Source: a virus
Length of the DNA stretch: 64,000 bases
Strand: one strand, 5' to 3'
Virus record (IMG/VR): IMGVR_UViG_3300029286_002355
Span: 64,001-128,000 of that record
Part shown: one piece after another, positions 1 to 10,287 of the stretch
How the letters are laid out: every line of letters begins with the position of its first letter
How positions within the stretch are numbered: position 1 is the stretch's first letter
The notes under the pieces: model-generated
What the model was told of the DNA's origin: nothing
Database searches by the model: none
The model's input: only the letters and a program-made list of their open reading frames with translations
Translations under genes and position numbers: made by a program

Positions 1-232
1 TCCATCGTTTAACATATTTATCAGGGAAAGGCGGCAGAGTTGTAGTAGGAATTGTATCCCATTCTCTTTTTTCGTAGTTAAACTGGCCACAAAAAAATCC
101 CGCTACATTTGCGTTTGGCGGTTTAGTTTCAAAAAATACCAAGACGGAATAAGGACTACTATTATCAATTAAAGGTGGTTTTGCCACCCAATTATCAAAC
201 CATACTTCGTTATCTGTTTTCCCATTAATCAT
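1..232 (-). CDS. Partial small phage hypothetical protein (DUF551-like), runs off window edge
   Basis: Translated by hand: ATG at 232 after GGAG RBS, MINGKTDNEVWFDNWVAKPPLIDNSSPYSVLVFF...KRW, open to position 1. Confidence 0.5.
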   Translation of the reverse strand, partial: MINGKTDNEVWFDNWVAKPPLIDNSSPYSVLVFFETKPPNANVAGFFCGQFNYEKREWDTIPTTTLPPFPDKYVKRW

Positions 233-246
233 TGTGCTCCTTTAAA

Positions 247-1425
247 TTAAGGCTTTCCAAGACTACTAATCGCTCCCATTTCATCAATTTCTACAATGTC
301 TTCTGGGAGTATTTCTCTACCATTAGGATCTCTTTCATAACCAAATACGTCAATATCATTATACAAGGAATGAATATCGTAATATTCAAGATACTCCACT
401 AATTTCTTCTTGTCAAAAACTTCTGGTTCTATAGGCGGTAAAGACTCAATGTAATCCATCTTCTTCAAGCTATAAGCCAATTTAATTCGTTTTTGGAACA
501 TAAGAGCCATAAGTGTTGTTTTCGGCATTTTAACTTCTCCCCTTTCAAAAGCCATGGCAACCCCGGTATAAGGCATATCAAAAGTAATGTCGGGGTATTT
601 TAATCTTGATTTCTCGTTTGTTGGATCTGATCTGATTGCCTTAAAATCATCGAACACTTTTCTAGCATCTGGCAATCTTGCGTTTTCTGGAAGTTTCTCG
701 TTTTCGCATATATCCATGTATTTTTTTCTTAACTCCCCAAACTCTTTCTCGTAAGCTGCAATAACTTTTTCCCAACTGCCATATTTCTTGATTTCTTTTA
801 CGGCTGTCTTTTCGCCCCATCCCGGAACGCCAAAGATATTGTCACCATCGTCTCCCATTAGTGCGCCAACATCTATCCATTGACTCGATTGAATTCCATA
901 TTCTGCGGCAAGGCTTTTTTCTGTTACTTCTTTTTGCTTCATGGCATCATAAATGGATACATTCTTGTCCAATAGCTGTCGGTAATCTTTATCGCTAGTG
1001 ATGCAAATAATTTCATTGTCATTTTTCAAAATTTTACAATAACTGGCTATGACATCATCAGCCTCAAATTCTGGCAATCGTATCTGTGGAATTCCTGTTG
1101 CCCCTATGCCTCTTTGTAAATAAGGAGACTGAGCATAAAAATCTAGTAAGGGCTTTGGTTGAGGCCCTTTCTTTCTATTCTCCTTATATCCTTCGGGAAC
1201 AACACCATTGGAAACGGCTTCAAGAGATTCTTTCATTCGTCTAGCTGATTTGCCATCCCATACCATTAAAAATTGCCAATCGCTGAATTTTTTCTCCAAG
1301 AGAATAAGACTTTGAAGAACCCCGAAATGAACTCCAGTGGGTATTCCATTTGTACTCGTCAACTGCTCGTTAGCAAATGAACATCGGCAAGCTAAATTGC
1401 TTCCATCTATAAGTAAATATTTCAT
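247..1425 (-). CDS. 5'-3' exonuclease / flap endonuclease (PolA N-terminal, T4 RNase H-like)
   Basis: LLIDGSN, EADDVIAS, TSDKDYRQL and GDDGDNIFGVPGWGEKTA (H3TH) motifs; extra ~80 aa after H3TH. Confidence 0.92.
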   Translation of the reverse strand: MKYLLIDGSNLACRCSFANEQLTSTNGIPTGVHFGVLQSLILLEKKFSDWQFLMVWDGKSARRMKESLEAVSNGVVPEGYKENRKKGPQPKPLLDFYAQSPYLQRGIGATGIPQIRLPEFEADDVIASYCKILKNDNEIICITSDKDYRQLLDKNVSIYDAMKQKEVTEKSLAAEYGIQSSQWIDVGALMGDDGDNIFGVPGWGEKTAVKEIKKYGSWEKVIAAYEKEFGELRKKYMDICENEKLPENARLPDARKVFDDFKAIRSDPTNEKSRLKYPDITFDMPYTGVAMAFERGEVKMPKTTLMALMFQKRIKLAYSLKKMDYIESLPPIEPEVFDKKKLVEYLEYYDIHSLYNDIDVFGYERDPNGREILPEDIVEIDEMGAISSLGKP

Positions 1426-1446
1426 TATTCCATTCCTTTGTTATTT

Positions 1447-1461
1447 AGAGATATTATACAG
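1447..1461 (-). promoter_or_regulatory. Extended -10 promoter, CTGTATAATATCTCT class
   Basis: Repeated motif directly upstream of the exonuclease gene. Confidence 0.7.
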
Positions 1462-2386
1462 TTTTTGCCCAATGATGAATGGCTTCTTTTATTCTTTTAT
1501 CTAACCCCGCTAATTTGCATTCAATCCAAAGCTCTTCTAACCTTTTCACATCCCCTTTGTTATTGTATGTCCATTGTCTTGATTTTAAATAGGGGATTCG
1601 TCGTCTAGAAATCATTTTCCCTGTGTAAACGTTCCATAAAATAGCGGCGTAAAAATCAGCCTTATATGCATCAGGTAGATTCGTCCATGGCTTATATGAT
1701 TCGGGCATTAAATAGCTTAATAACGCAGGCCATATAGGAGAAATGTAGATGCCTTTTTCGCAGTTGATTTCGATAGGAATAGACCATTGCACGAAATAAG
1801 GAATTACAGCATAATCATAATAAATATATGCTTCTCCATCAATGTATCTTTGTTGACCTGTGGCTAAAACTCCCGCCATAAAGGAAATAGAATCCCTTGA
1901 ATAAGGAAGGTATAACGATGGAACGTGAGACCAAATATATCTATTTTCACCATATTTTTTGAGACTTTTTTTAACAATGATTTTGCCAGAGAACGGAGAA
2001 TCGCTAATAGTATTGGCTAAGTTCGTATTTCCAGACCATTTGAAAGCGGGGAAATGGGTTTTAAACCACGACACTTTACCGGCAGTAGTAAGTCCGGCAA
2101 CAAAATCTCCATTCCATATGCTTGCATTAATTTTAATGTGATTTCTTATATACCACTTGATATACGGTACAGGAGCATTACGAATAACAGTTTTGACAGA
2201 AGGGGGTGGAATTCCTTCAATACCGTCTAGATCCCACATTTGGCTAAGAATATCGTTGGTAAGTCCTTTTCGTCCTTTGAAAAGAAATATTTTTGACGCA
2301 ATTTCACAATATTTGATACGAAGTCTATTGGCTATATTTCTTGTATTATCGATTAAATAATAGGGTTTGGGTGTTAAGGAGATCAT
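1454..2386 (-). CDS. Hypothetical protein, possibly a degenerate LAGLIDADG-derived fold
   Basis: 310 aa ORF; two motifs FVAGLTTAG and FMAGVLATG resemble LAGLIDADG helices but lack the acidic residue. Confidence 0.4.
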   Translation of the reverse strand: MISLTPKPYYLIDNTRNIANRLRIKYCEIASKIFLFKGRKGLTNDILSQMWDLDGIEGIPPPSVKTVIRNAPVPYIKWYIRNHIKINASIWNGDFVAGLTTAGKVSWFKTHFPAFKWSGNTNLANTISDSPFSGKIIVKKSLKKYGENRYIWSHVPSLYLPYSRDSISFMAGVLATGQQRYIDGEAYIYYDYAVIPYFVQWSIPIEINCEKGIYISPIWPALLSYLMPESYKPWTNLPDAYKADFYAAILWNVYTGKMISRRRIPYLKSRQWTYNNKGDVKRLEELWIECKLAGLDKRIKEAIHHWAKTV

Positions 2387-2826
2387 AAGGGTTCTTGAAG
2401 CGGATCGTATTCTGATAAAGAAGGTTGGGTAACTTGGGGAACTAATATTATTTTTTTCCCCATTGCTATTGCTTTTTTTATGGTATCTTCGGTTCCACCT
2501 TTGCGATCAGAGGCTACTACGGCAATTAAAACATCGGAATCTTTAGCAATTAGAGTGTTTCTAGCGAAGTTGATTTCAGCATAAGCCCATCTAGGATTCT
2601 GTTTTAGTTTTACGGGATCAAGCTTAGATTTGTCGGGATAGTGGATTATTTTTTGGGTATGGTATTCTTCTATAAAGATTTTTGCAAACCTATCGCCACC
2701 CTTGGGACAGCCTCCGGAAACAATAATATCGCCCTCTTCGTAAATCTCCAAAAAGATTTTTCTACAGGCGTCTAGGTCTTCTTTTGTATCTCTTCTTCTA
2801 GATCCCACTATACCTATATTTTTCAT
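2383..2826 (-). CDS. SLOG-superfamily protein (YspA/DprA-like Rossmann)
   Basis: IGIVGSRR, IVSGGCPKGGD, RNTLIAKDSDVLIA, KGGTEDTIKKA; likely start 2826, 6 nt after TGTATAAT (leaderless). Confidence 0.8.
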   Translation of the reverse strand: MKNIGIVGSRRRDTKEDLDACRKIFLEIYEEGDIIVSGGCPKGGDRFAKIFIEEYHTQKIIHYPDKSKLDPVKLKQNPRWAYAEINFARNTLIAKDSDVLIAVVASDRKGGTEDTIKKAIAMGKKIILVPQVTQPSLSEYDPLQEPL

Positions 2827-2844
2827 ACCATTATTATACAAAAC

Positions 2845-4589
2845 CTAGCTAAATTGCAGCTTTTGCTTAAGGTCAAGGTAGTCCTGATTTAATATTTCTC
2901 TAGAATAGTTTTTATAATGTTCAGGAAGATAACGCCTATCGGAACAAGCTAATACCGCTGCTAATTCTTGTAGCCGTAGAAGCATGGGGTCAAGAGGATC
3001 AATGAACGAATCCACCGCCTCTTCAAAATCATTTGCTGTAACATTATCGTCTCGTTTAGCTATAACCGCCTTCTCTTTGGCCCGAATAACAATAGCTTCA
3101 ACATCACTCCCTGTTAAGCTACACTCTCCCATTTTCCTGTTGATCGAATTTCTTGTTTCATCTGTCAAAACAATAGCATTAGTTTTACAGACAGTTTCAA
3201 AAAGATCCATAACCTCTCCAGAATTTTGACTGGGGAAAAGAGGAATACAGAGGCCGAATCTTCCTTGACGTTTCATATCAATGGAAAGAAGATCGGGGCG
3301 AGATGTCATAGCTATCCAAAGTTCTCTTCCACGCAACGAAGTATCTCCAATGTAAGCTGCAATAGAAGAGAAAACTCTGGATGACACCCCGCTATCACCA
3401 GAAGCATTTCTGTTTCCCAAAGCCGCATCCGCTTCGTCAATAACAACGATAATAGGGCCAAGCGATTTAATAGTCATAAGAATTCTGGACAATTGTTTTT
3501 CGGTATCGCCAACCCACTTAGATCTGAAATCTCCCATAATCATAACTGGCAGTCCACATTCGCTAGCAAAACAACTGACCAAGAATGATTTCCCAACACC
3601 CACTCTCCCGGAAGTAAAATTCCTCTTTCTAGAACATTGCCCTTACCATCCTTTATCAGTTGGGCAATTTCACGCAATCTAGCTTTTGCCGCCGTATGGG
3701 TAGCAACATTTTCCAAACTGATACCTCTTTTAGGTTCCATAAATTGAACTAGTCCTTGGCAATACTCTTCGATCAATACCTTTTTCCGTTGAGAAAGATA
3801 CTTCCAATCTATTCTTATATTGTTATGAATGGCTTCCCCAAGAAGATGTTGGATTCGGACAAGATTTAAACCCGATGCCCTGCTAGCGAGTTGTTTGATG
3901 TCAAAATCGCAAAACTGTGACAATTGAGATTCTCCCAATAAGCCACTCATCCAAGTTGAATCGGAAAGGAAAGCCTCTCTTTCTTCGCCTGTGGGGAGTG
4001 GGATATTAACTTGGGCGAAATATGGATTGCGAACAATATCTGATTGAAGCTCAGAAATACTTTCCGTCAACAGAAATATTCCGATATCTGAATTACGCAT
4101 TTCTGGAGAGATGCCCCATTTTAGCATCGAAACGGTTGCCATTCTTTCTTCTTGACTCATGCCTCCACCCGACTCAGGAATAATTTTTTCAGCAAAGTCA
4201 ATGATTAGAGTGACTCCTTTCTTTTCATCGGTTGCCTTCATGAAAAATCTACGGAGGAGAGGGACAAGCTTCAAAAATTCTTTGGGAAGATTATTTTGAT
4301 AATTCGTCTTTTCTGTTTGATCGTAAATCTCAAGCCATTTGAAAAAGTCTGCCTGCATTATTTTTGACCCAAAGGTTAATCCATCACTAATGTCGTAATA
4401 GAGCAAATAGGGTCTGTCCTTGAATATCCGATTGGCAAGGAATGACTTCAAGGAAACATATTTGGTTCTTTCAAACGAGTTTTGAACCGGGAAAACATCA
4501 AATATATTACCGTATAGAACAAAGACAGAATAGGTTTGACTATTCCATTTTCGAACCAGCTCTGTTAGCCAAGAAGTGTTATCGTTCAT
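2845..4589 (-). pseudogene. Tandem AAA+ ATPase (SpoVK/Ycf46/Vps4/CDC48 clade) split by a 1-nt frameshift in Walker A (real lesion or assembly error)
   Basis: ORF 3540..4679 (start MNDNT at 4589) runs to ILLPG; ORF 2845..3603 continues VGVGKS, SKWVG pore loop, VVVIDEAD Walker B, KRQGRF Arg fingers; adding 1 nt at 3604-3606 gives a 581 aa protein. Confidence 0.85.
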
Positions 4590-5559
4590 ATGAATTCTCC
4601 AACGACGATTTTCTAATTTTCCTTGGATCTTTGGTTTCATAAGGTACTGCATTAACACTTTCTGTTTCACCAAACCCAATACGAGTTGTATTCAGTTGTG
4701 GCATATCTCCCACAACATCCTTGAAATCATTCAACTCCGAAAGCCACTTATTGGTACTTTCCAGATGAGATACGCTGGCATCAATTCGACTAGTTAAGGC
4801 ATCTGCATTACGGGTAGCAATAGCATCGGCCCGAATAAGTTTGACCTGTTGGGCTAGTCTTGCTTGTTCAGATATTACTATATCAATATTGTTTTTGCCT
4901 TGATCAACTCGCTCTAATCTCTTTTCTAATACGTCCAATCTTTCGGTATAGGAGTTAAGAAGTCTTTCCTTTGAACTGATAACCATAGCCGAACCATTTT
5001 TGGTATCCTTACGAGCATTGTCCAATTCTTTTCCAATGCTACTGATCTTTTCTTCAACCTCTTTTATTTCGGTGGGCAAATTATCTTGTCTTTCCGACTC
5101 AATAAAAACCTCTAGGGATTGCTCAATACACAGAAGTTTAAGATATGTCCAAATAAGCTCGTCAATTTTAATCAATCGTGTATTCATTGCTGTATCTTGA
5201 TCGGAAACAGAATCCATTGTAGCTTTTTCAATATCTTTGCCCACCTTTACCAATTCATTGTATTGCTGTTTGCGTGAATTACCAAGACTGGAATAATATC
5301 GGTCTCTTTTTATTTTGAACGCTTCTACTTGCCGTTGTTCTTCTTGTCTTTTGATTTCTGCATATTTTTCTTCCATCTTCTTTTTGAACCAAGGGGAATC
5401 GTGAAGAAACATAAAGCTCAACCCGTAAGCAACTCCGAATAGCAGAAAAATAAAGAAGTTTGCAGAAAGGAAGCCGAATCCAAGAAGACCCGCTGCCAAT
5501 CCGATATTCAGTTTACTTTTAAGATATTCTTTTGTGTAATCAATTTCGATATTGTCCAT
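4579..5559 (-). CDS. Two-TM, long coiled-coil protein of the PspA/AAA cassette
   Basis: N-terminal hydrophobic hairpin then heptad-rich helical body; translationally coupled to the AAA gene. Confidence 0.7.
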   Translation of the reverse strand: MDNIEIDYTKEYLKSKLNIGLAAGLLGFGFLSANFFIFLLFGVAYGLSFMFLHDSPWFKKKMEEKYAEIKRQEEQRQVEAFKIKRDRYYSSLGNSRKQQYNELVKVGKDIEKATMDSVSDQDTAMNTRLIKIDELIWTYLKLLCIEQSLEVFIESERQDNLPTEIKEVEEKISSIGKELDNARKDTKNGSAMVISSKERLLNSYTERLDVLEKRLERVDQGKNNIDIVISEQARLAQQVKLIRADAIATRNADALTSRIDASVSHLESTNKWLSELNDFKDVVGDMPQLNTTRIGFGETESVNAVPYETKDPRKIRKSSLENSYER

Positions 5560-5584
5560 AATCGCCTCTCAATTTATAAAGAAT

Positions 5585-5613
5585 ATCATAATATATTTTC
5601 CGCTAATTGTCAA
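5585..5613 (-). promoter_or_regulatory. Sigma70-type promoter TTGACA-17-TATGAT
   Basis: Near-consensus hexamers upstream of the 2TM coiled-coil gene. Confidence 0.7.
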
Positions 5614-5618
5614 TACAT

Positions 5619-6701
5619 TTATCCTATAAGTTTAAGTAGGGAAACCTCGTCTATATCTTCCCCTCTTTGTTTCTCGGTTTTTTTAGAAGATCGCATGGCT
5701 CTATTTACCCATTCCAATTCTCCCGAAGCGGTTTTACTATTCTCAACTCTATCTTGCAATTCTCTTACCATCTCGAAAAACCACTTCTTTTTCCTCATTT
5801 CTTCAGGAGAGATATCTGGCCGTGGAGCTTTCAAAATCTCAACCAGTCTTCCGGGATTTGCTTCCATTCTGAAAATTCTATCCCCAAGATAAACCGCTTC
5901 ATCCATGGAATGTGTAACAATGATTACTGTCCCTTGAATTTCTTTCCAAAGCTCAACCAAAAGCTCTTGCATCTTCAACCGCATTTTTGGGTCAAGGGCT
6001 CCAAAAGGTTCATCCATCAGAAGGATCTTAGGTTGAAGTATAAGTGTAGCGGCTAAAGAAACTCTCTGCTGCATACCACCCGAAAGTTCTTGCGGGAATT
6101 TATCTTCCGATCCTTCCAAGCCAATCTTTTTAACCCATTCCCTTGCCTTGTCTCTTCTTTCTTTCCGTCCTGTTCCATTCAATTTTAATCCAAAAGATAT
6201 ATTGTCGATTACCGTAAGATGAGGAAGGAGTGAATATTTTTGATCAACAACTCCACGGTCAATTCCTGATCCTGTAATTTCTCCACCTGCAACAAAAGCT
6301 TTTCCAGAAGTAGGAGGAAATTGTGGCTCTAATCCCGCTATGATTCTCAATATGGTTGACTTACCACAACCCGAAGGCCCAACCAAGGCTACCATTTCAC
6401 CCATATTAGGAACATCATGAACTTCAAAAGTAACATCATGAATGGCTATTTTATCGCCAAATTTTTTTGTTACATTTTGAAAAGAAACAATGGGTGCCGC
6501 TTCCAACAAGGCTTTTGGCTGTTTAGAAGCTTCTATTTGTTTTGGGGCTTCTTTGATTTCAATTTTGTGGGTTTCAATAACCTCTTCAATCTTAACTATT
6601 TCATCCTGTTTAATAGCTTCTGCTTTAACAGATGGACTAGGTTCCAATTTAGGAGCTTTGCTAACCCAAAAAGGAGCTAAAATTTGTTTTAGACTTGTCA
6701 T
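5619..6701 (-). CDS. ABC transporter ATP-binding protein, NitT/TauT/SsuB family, with ~70 aa N-terminal extension
   Basis: GPSGCGKS, LSGGMQQR, LLMDEPFGALD, H-loop VTHS; likely start 6701 just after the permease stop. Confidence 0.93.
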   Translation of the reverse strand: MTSLKQILAPFWVSKAPKLEPSPSVKAEAIKQDEIVKIEEVIETHKIEIKEAPKQIEASKQPKALLEAAPIVSFQNVTKKFGDKIAIHDVTFEVHDVPNMGEMVALVGPSGCGKSTILRIIAGLEPQFPPTSGKAFVAGGEITGSGIDRGVVDQKYSLLPHLTVIDNISFGLKLNGTGRKERRDKAREWVKKIGLEGSEDKFPQELSGGMQQRVSLAATLILQPKILLMDEPFGALDPKMRLKMQELLVELWKEIQGTVIIVTHSMDEAVYLGDRIFRMEANPGRLVEILKAPRPDISPEEMRKKKWFFEMVRELQDRVENSKTASGELEWVNRAMRSSKKTEKQRGEDIDEVSLLKLIG

Positions 6702-6702
6702 G

Positions 6703-7566
6703 TTAGCCTTTCTTTCTGTTTTGAGGGAACAACCACACCCCTGTAACTTTCCAAAGTTTATCACATAATGTAGCTATTACAACAATAACAATAATGATGG
6801 CAAAAATTTTATTGGTACAGCCTCTACGAGAAGATGTTTCCATGAGATAACCAATACCGTTTTGAGCATTAACAACTTCTGCTAGAATAATCCATCCCCA
6901 ACCTACTCCATAAACCCCACGAAGATGATTCCATATAGAAGGCATAGCTACAGGAAGCAATACGTTTTTTACCAACTGCCATTGAGATGCCCCCTTTGTT
7001 TTCGCCACATCAAGGAATGATTCGCTTACGTCATCGATTGAACGAATGACCAAGGGGAGAAGCACAACAAAACAGGCAATAAAAAGAAATCCTATTTTTT
7101 GTATTTCATCAGAACCCCACCAAGCCAAGGTCAAGGGAATAAAACTGATAATAGGAACATAGGAACCAATTAAAGCTACGGGTTTGAAAAAAGAAGAAAT
7201 AGGTGTAAACGCTGCCATATAAGTTCCAAGAACAAGAGCTAAAATCGCAGCAAGAATAAAACCTGATGTTACACGGACAAAAGAGACCCCAACGCTTCTT
7301 AGTAAGCCCTGATCAAAATGAAGAATGGGAAATGCCTGTAGAACTTCGACAGGACTAGGGAGAATAATAGGCGGAAGCATTCTATCTTCAACCCTATCTC
7401 CATTTGTAGAAAACCACCAAAATCCTATCAGAAGAGCAAGAAACGAAACCGTGATAAGAATTGATCTTTCTTTGGCAAGCTCTTTACGAACAGGGAACTT
7501 GGCAATTCTTACGACAAGAGTTAGAAGCACAACCAACCCTAAAATTATTCCAATGAAGCTCCACAT
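6703..7566 (-). CDS. ABC transporter permease, NitT/TauT/SsuC family
   Basis: Multiple TM helices, LPSPVEV motif, EAA-like loop DVAKTKGAS, GWGWIILAEV. Confidence 0.92.
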   Translation of the reverse strand: MWSFIGIILGLVVLLTLVVRIAKFPVRKELAKERSILITVSFLALLIGFWWFSTNGDRVEDRMLPPIILPSPVEVLQAFPILHFDQGLLRSVGVSFVRVTSGFILAAILALVLGTYMAAFTPISSFFKPVALIGSYVPIISFIPLTLAWWGSDEIQKIGFLFIACFVVLLPLVIRSIDDVSESFLDVAKTKGASQWQLVKNVLLPVAMPSIWNHLRGVYGVGWGWIILAEVVNAQNGIGYLMETSSRRGCTNKIFAIIIVIVVIATLCDKLWKVTGVWLFPQNRKKG

Positions 7567-7584
7567 AATTCCCTCGTTTCTTTA

Positions 7585-7624
7585 GCAAAAGGGAATGGAA
7601 GGTTTCTTCCACTCCCTTTTTTGC
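7585..7624 (-). terminator. Intrinsic terminator/stabilising hairpin between SBP and permease genes
   Basis: AAGGGAGTGGAAG-AAAC-CTTCCATTCCCTT followed by TT/TGC on the minus strand. Confidence 0.65.
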
Positions 7625-7639
7625 CAACATAGTTTTTGC

Positions 7640-9403
7640 CTATTCGGTTTCGAGAGGATATACCTTGATTTCGGTTCTTCGATTTTTCTTGTTTTGCTCC
7701 TTGTCGCTTGAATCTGTGCAACCGGGCAACGGGCTATCCCAACCATTTCCAACAACCTTGAACTTGTTAGGGTCAAAATTGGGATATTTGGTCAAAATAG
7801 ACTTCTTAACCGCTTCGGCTCTGTCATAGGACAATTTGCGAATAGCATCAGAAGGCACTAATCCCTTCATACTTCCATCGGTATTTCCTTCGATGACGAT
7901 GTAAGCATTACCGAAATTACCTGCAAGCATACCAATTTCAACAAGCGAATTTGGAATATTGGTATCATAGGTGGAATTCAAATCCCATTTACCAGATTCA
8001 AACCTAATCTGAACAGCCTTGGAAAGAATATTCCCTTCTCCAGCCTCAAGGGTCTTAAACACCATATTGGGACTGAAAACAGGCTGAGACAAATCCTGAA
8101 CGTCTTTATAGTCGTTAACCATTCCAAGAAGGAACTTGGAAGCCTTAACTTTGGCAGCAACAATAGGAGCATCAATAACCCCAAGTGACTGATAGATTGT
8201 TGAAGATTTATTCCAAATAGACTCAAAGTTAACTGGATTCATTTGGTCGCAGAAGAACTTGTAATTCTCTCTGTAATTGAGAAGATGGGCATCTCCGCTA
8301 GCAATACCACCATCTTTGCCAATCATCATTGCGCAATCCGCTACCGGAAGATTATAGGCCGCACTAAGATATTTGGCTGCAAGTTGGGGGTCTTTTCGAA
8401 CCATATCAACCCCCTCGAAAATACAGCGAATCATTTTTTCAACGATATCGGGATGATCGGTTGCAAAATCATTACGAACAGCCCAAACATCGAAGATAAC
8501 ATTATTGGCTGTAGCACTTGTAACCACCAATCTTGTTCCGGGGACTGAATCTGTAACCGTATAGATGTCAGGAGACCACCCCACGAAAGCATCAAACGAT
8601 GTATCCTGAACGAACAACTTAGCGGCTGAAGGAGCATCTTTTGTCCAACGGAAATCAATTTCGGCAGGATCAATACCCGCATTGATAAGCAGAATCATAA
8701 AGAAATTATGGCTAGGCGAATTCTGAGCAAGAACAACCTTGCACCTAACTCCATTCTTCATGCGGAAATCATTAATGGACTTGATATTGTTTCGAGAGAC
8801 AACCCCATCTCCACCATTTGAGTTATCAATGGCTTGAGCTACAATAGGAATAGTTCGTGAATCCTTTGACAAAGCAGGTGCAAAGAGAGCAATCATGTCC
8901 AATGTACCCCACAGAATATGAGAATGCCCACTCGCAAACAAATCTCTTGCCATGACAGGATCATCCACCAAACTAAGCTCAACGAAAAAGCCATACTTCT
9001 TATAGAAAAGACTTTCTTCGTTAGCCCCCATTCCGTTATTAGCCATGATGATTCCAGCCCATCCCGGCCATACATTAATAGGGAATTTCACCAAGAGTTT
9101 ACCGTTCTTGGTTGTTTTGTCATATGAGCTAACTGCCGTAACCGGAGGCATTACGCTATCTCCAATAAGCGAAACTGTATTAGTTCCTGCAAGCAATTTG
9201 GAGTTAATATCAACAGCAGTTTTGATTGCCGCCACTACATTACTCCCAAGGTTATTCAACTTATCCTTAAGAGCGTTAATGTTAATTGACGGATTTGAAG
9301 TCGGAGCAGGAGGGAACAACTTATCCTTCCACCTATAGCCCCCAATACTCAGTACGGCAATTACAGCCAATGCTACCAGAATTTTACCCTTTAGTGTCAT
9401 CAT
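7640..9403 (-). CDS. Membrane-anchored SsuA/NMT1-type substrate-binding protein fused to a C-terminal OmpA-like peptidoglycan-binding domain
   Basis: N-terminal TM anchor; WPGW and GTLD SBP motifs; C-terminal IEGNTD...LSYDRAEAV...GNG...NRRTEI OmpA motif. Confidence 0.85.
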   Translation of the reverse strand: MMTLKGKILVALAVIAVLSIGGYRWKDKLFPPAPTSNPSININALKDKLNNLGSNVVAAIKTAVDINSKLLAGTNTVSLIGDSVMPPVTAVSSYDKTTKNGKLLVKFPINVWPGWAGIIMANNGMGANEESLFYKKYGFFVELSLVDDPVMARDLFASGHSHILWGTLDMIALFAPALSKDSRTIPIVAQAIDNSNGGDGVVSRNNIKSINDFRMKNGVRCKVVLAQNSPSHNFFMILLINAGIDPAEIDFRWTKDAPSAAKLFVQDTSFDAFVGWSPDIYTVTDSVPGTRLVVTSATANNVIFDVWAVRNDFATDHPDIVEKMIRCIFEGVDMVRKDPQLAAKYLSAAYNLPVADCAMMIGKDGGIASGDAHLLNYRENYKFFCDQMNPVNFESIWNKSSTIYQSLGVIDAPIVAAKVKASKFLLGMVNDYKDVQDLSQPVFSPNMVFKTLEAGEGNILSKAVQIRFESGKWDLNSTYDTNIPNSLVEIGMLAGNFGNAYIVIEGNTDGSMKGLVPSDAIRKLSYDRAEAVKKSILTKYPNFDPNKFKVVGNGWDSPLPGCTDSSDKEQNKKNRRTEIKVYPLETE

Positions 9404-9450
9404 ATCTATACCCCTTTCTTTGTTACTACTATTATTGTTTGTTTATTTAC

Positions 9451-10218
9451 CTATGCTGTTGCTTCTATCTTTTGACGTTCTACAGGCTTAGACTCCGCTG
9501 TAGCTTCGGGAGCTTGAACCCCAATAGAAGCTTTCTGCTTGTACTCATTGAACAGAGCCCTACCACGTGCTTTTCGAGCGTCCTGTTGCATCCTGATATT
9601 TGCACCCATTTCTTTTGCAAGATCCATCGTTGCTGTCATTTGACCTTGCCCCTGAACAGACGCTTCACGCATCCTCTGTAATGCGGAAGCTGCTTCTCCA
9701 CCCACCATCCCTTGAAGCTCCGTAATAGATGCCTTCATCATTTGAGCAACCGATTCCATGTTTCTTGAGACTCGAACCTGAGCCTTAAGAGACATAAACT
9801 GTCGTTCGAGCTTTTGAATCTGACGAAGAGATTCCGCAATGATTTCGGTGTTCTGCTTATAGCTTGCGTTAAGCGTTTCCAGTTGTTCTTGGTTGGTTTT
9901 TAATTCACCTTCAAGGTTTGCCAACTCTTCCGCATAAATAGAACCGTTAGCCTCATCGTTCTCTTTTATAGCCAACTCAATCAAACGCTTAAACTCGTCT
10001 TGCTTATTGGTTTGATCCTTAATTTGCATTCTGAGAAGGATAATCGTAGATTGCAACTGACCATTGGCATAATGAGCCTTGTCAGCTTTCACCTTCTCTT
10101 CCCGCAAACTCTTCTCAACAACCGCTTCGTTCATGGCGTCTGTTTCTGTAGATTTCTCTATCCACAAACCCAAAGCCGCAAATACTCTTGCCAATGCCCT
10201 TCTAATGCTATCGAACAT
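9451..10218 (-). CDS. pspA: PspA/IM30 (ESCRT-III superfamily) protein
   Basis: N-terminal amphipathic helix MFDSIRRALARVF, ~255 aa all-helical coiled coil, A-rich PspA-like pattern. Confidence 0.75.
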   Translation of the reverse strand: MFDSIRRALARVFAALGLWIEKSTETDAMNEAVVEKSLREEKVKADKAHYANGQLQSTIILLRMQIKDQTNKQDEFKRLIELAIKENDEANGSIYAEELANLEGELKTNQEQLETLNASYKQNTEIIAESLRQIQKLERQFMSLKAQVRVSRNMESVAQMMKASITELQGMVGGEAASALQRMREASVQGQGQMTATMDLAKEMGANIRMQQDARKARGRALFNEYKQKASIGVQAPEATAESKPVERQKIEATA

Positions 10219-10247
10219 AATTAACTCCTTTCTTTATTGTTTGATAC

Positions 10248-10275
10248 ATTCTATCAGGTTTACAAAAAAATGCAA
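10248..10275 (-). promoter_or_regulatory. Sigma70-type promoter TTGCAT-16-TAGAAT with TGn extension
   Basis: Upstream of the pspA-like gene, followed by AGGAG RBS. Confidence 0.55.
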
Positions 10276-10287
10276 GTAAAATCGTAA

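Noticed and set aside
3595-3615. Programmed -1 ribosomal frameshift in the AAA gene
   Set aside because: No X XXY YYZ slippery heptamer or evident stimulator; an indel is more parsimonious
7582-7776. 64 aa minus-strand ORF
   Set aside because: Out-of-frame overlap with the SBP-OmpA 3' end and the terminator hairpin
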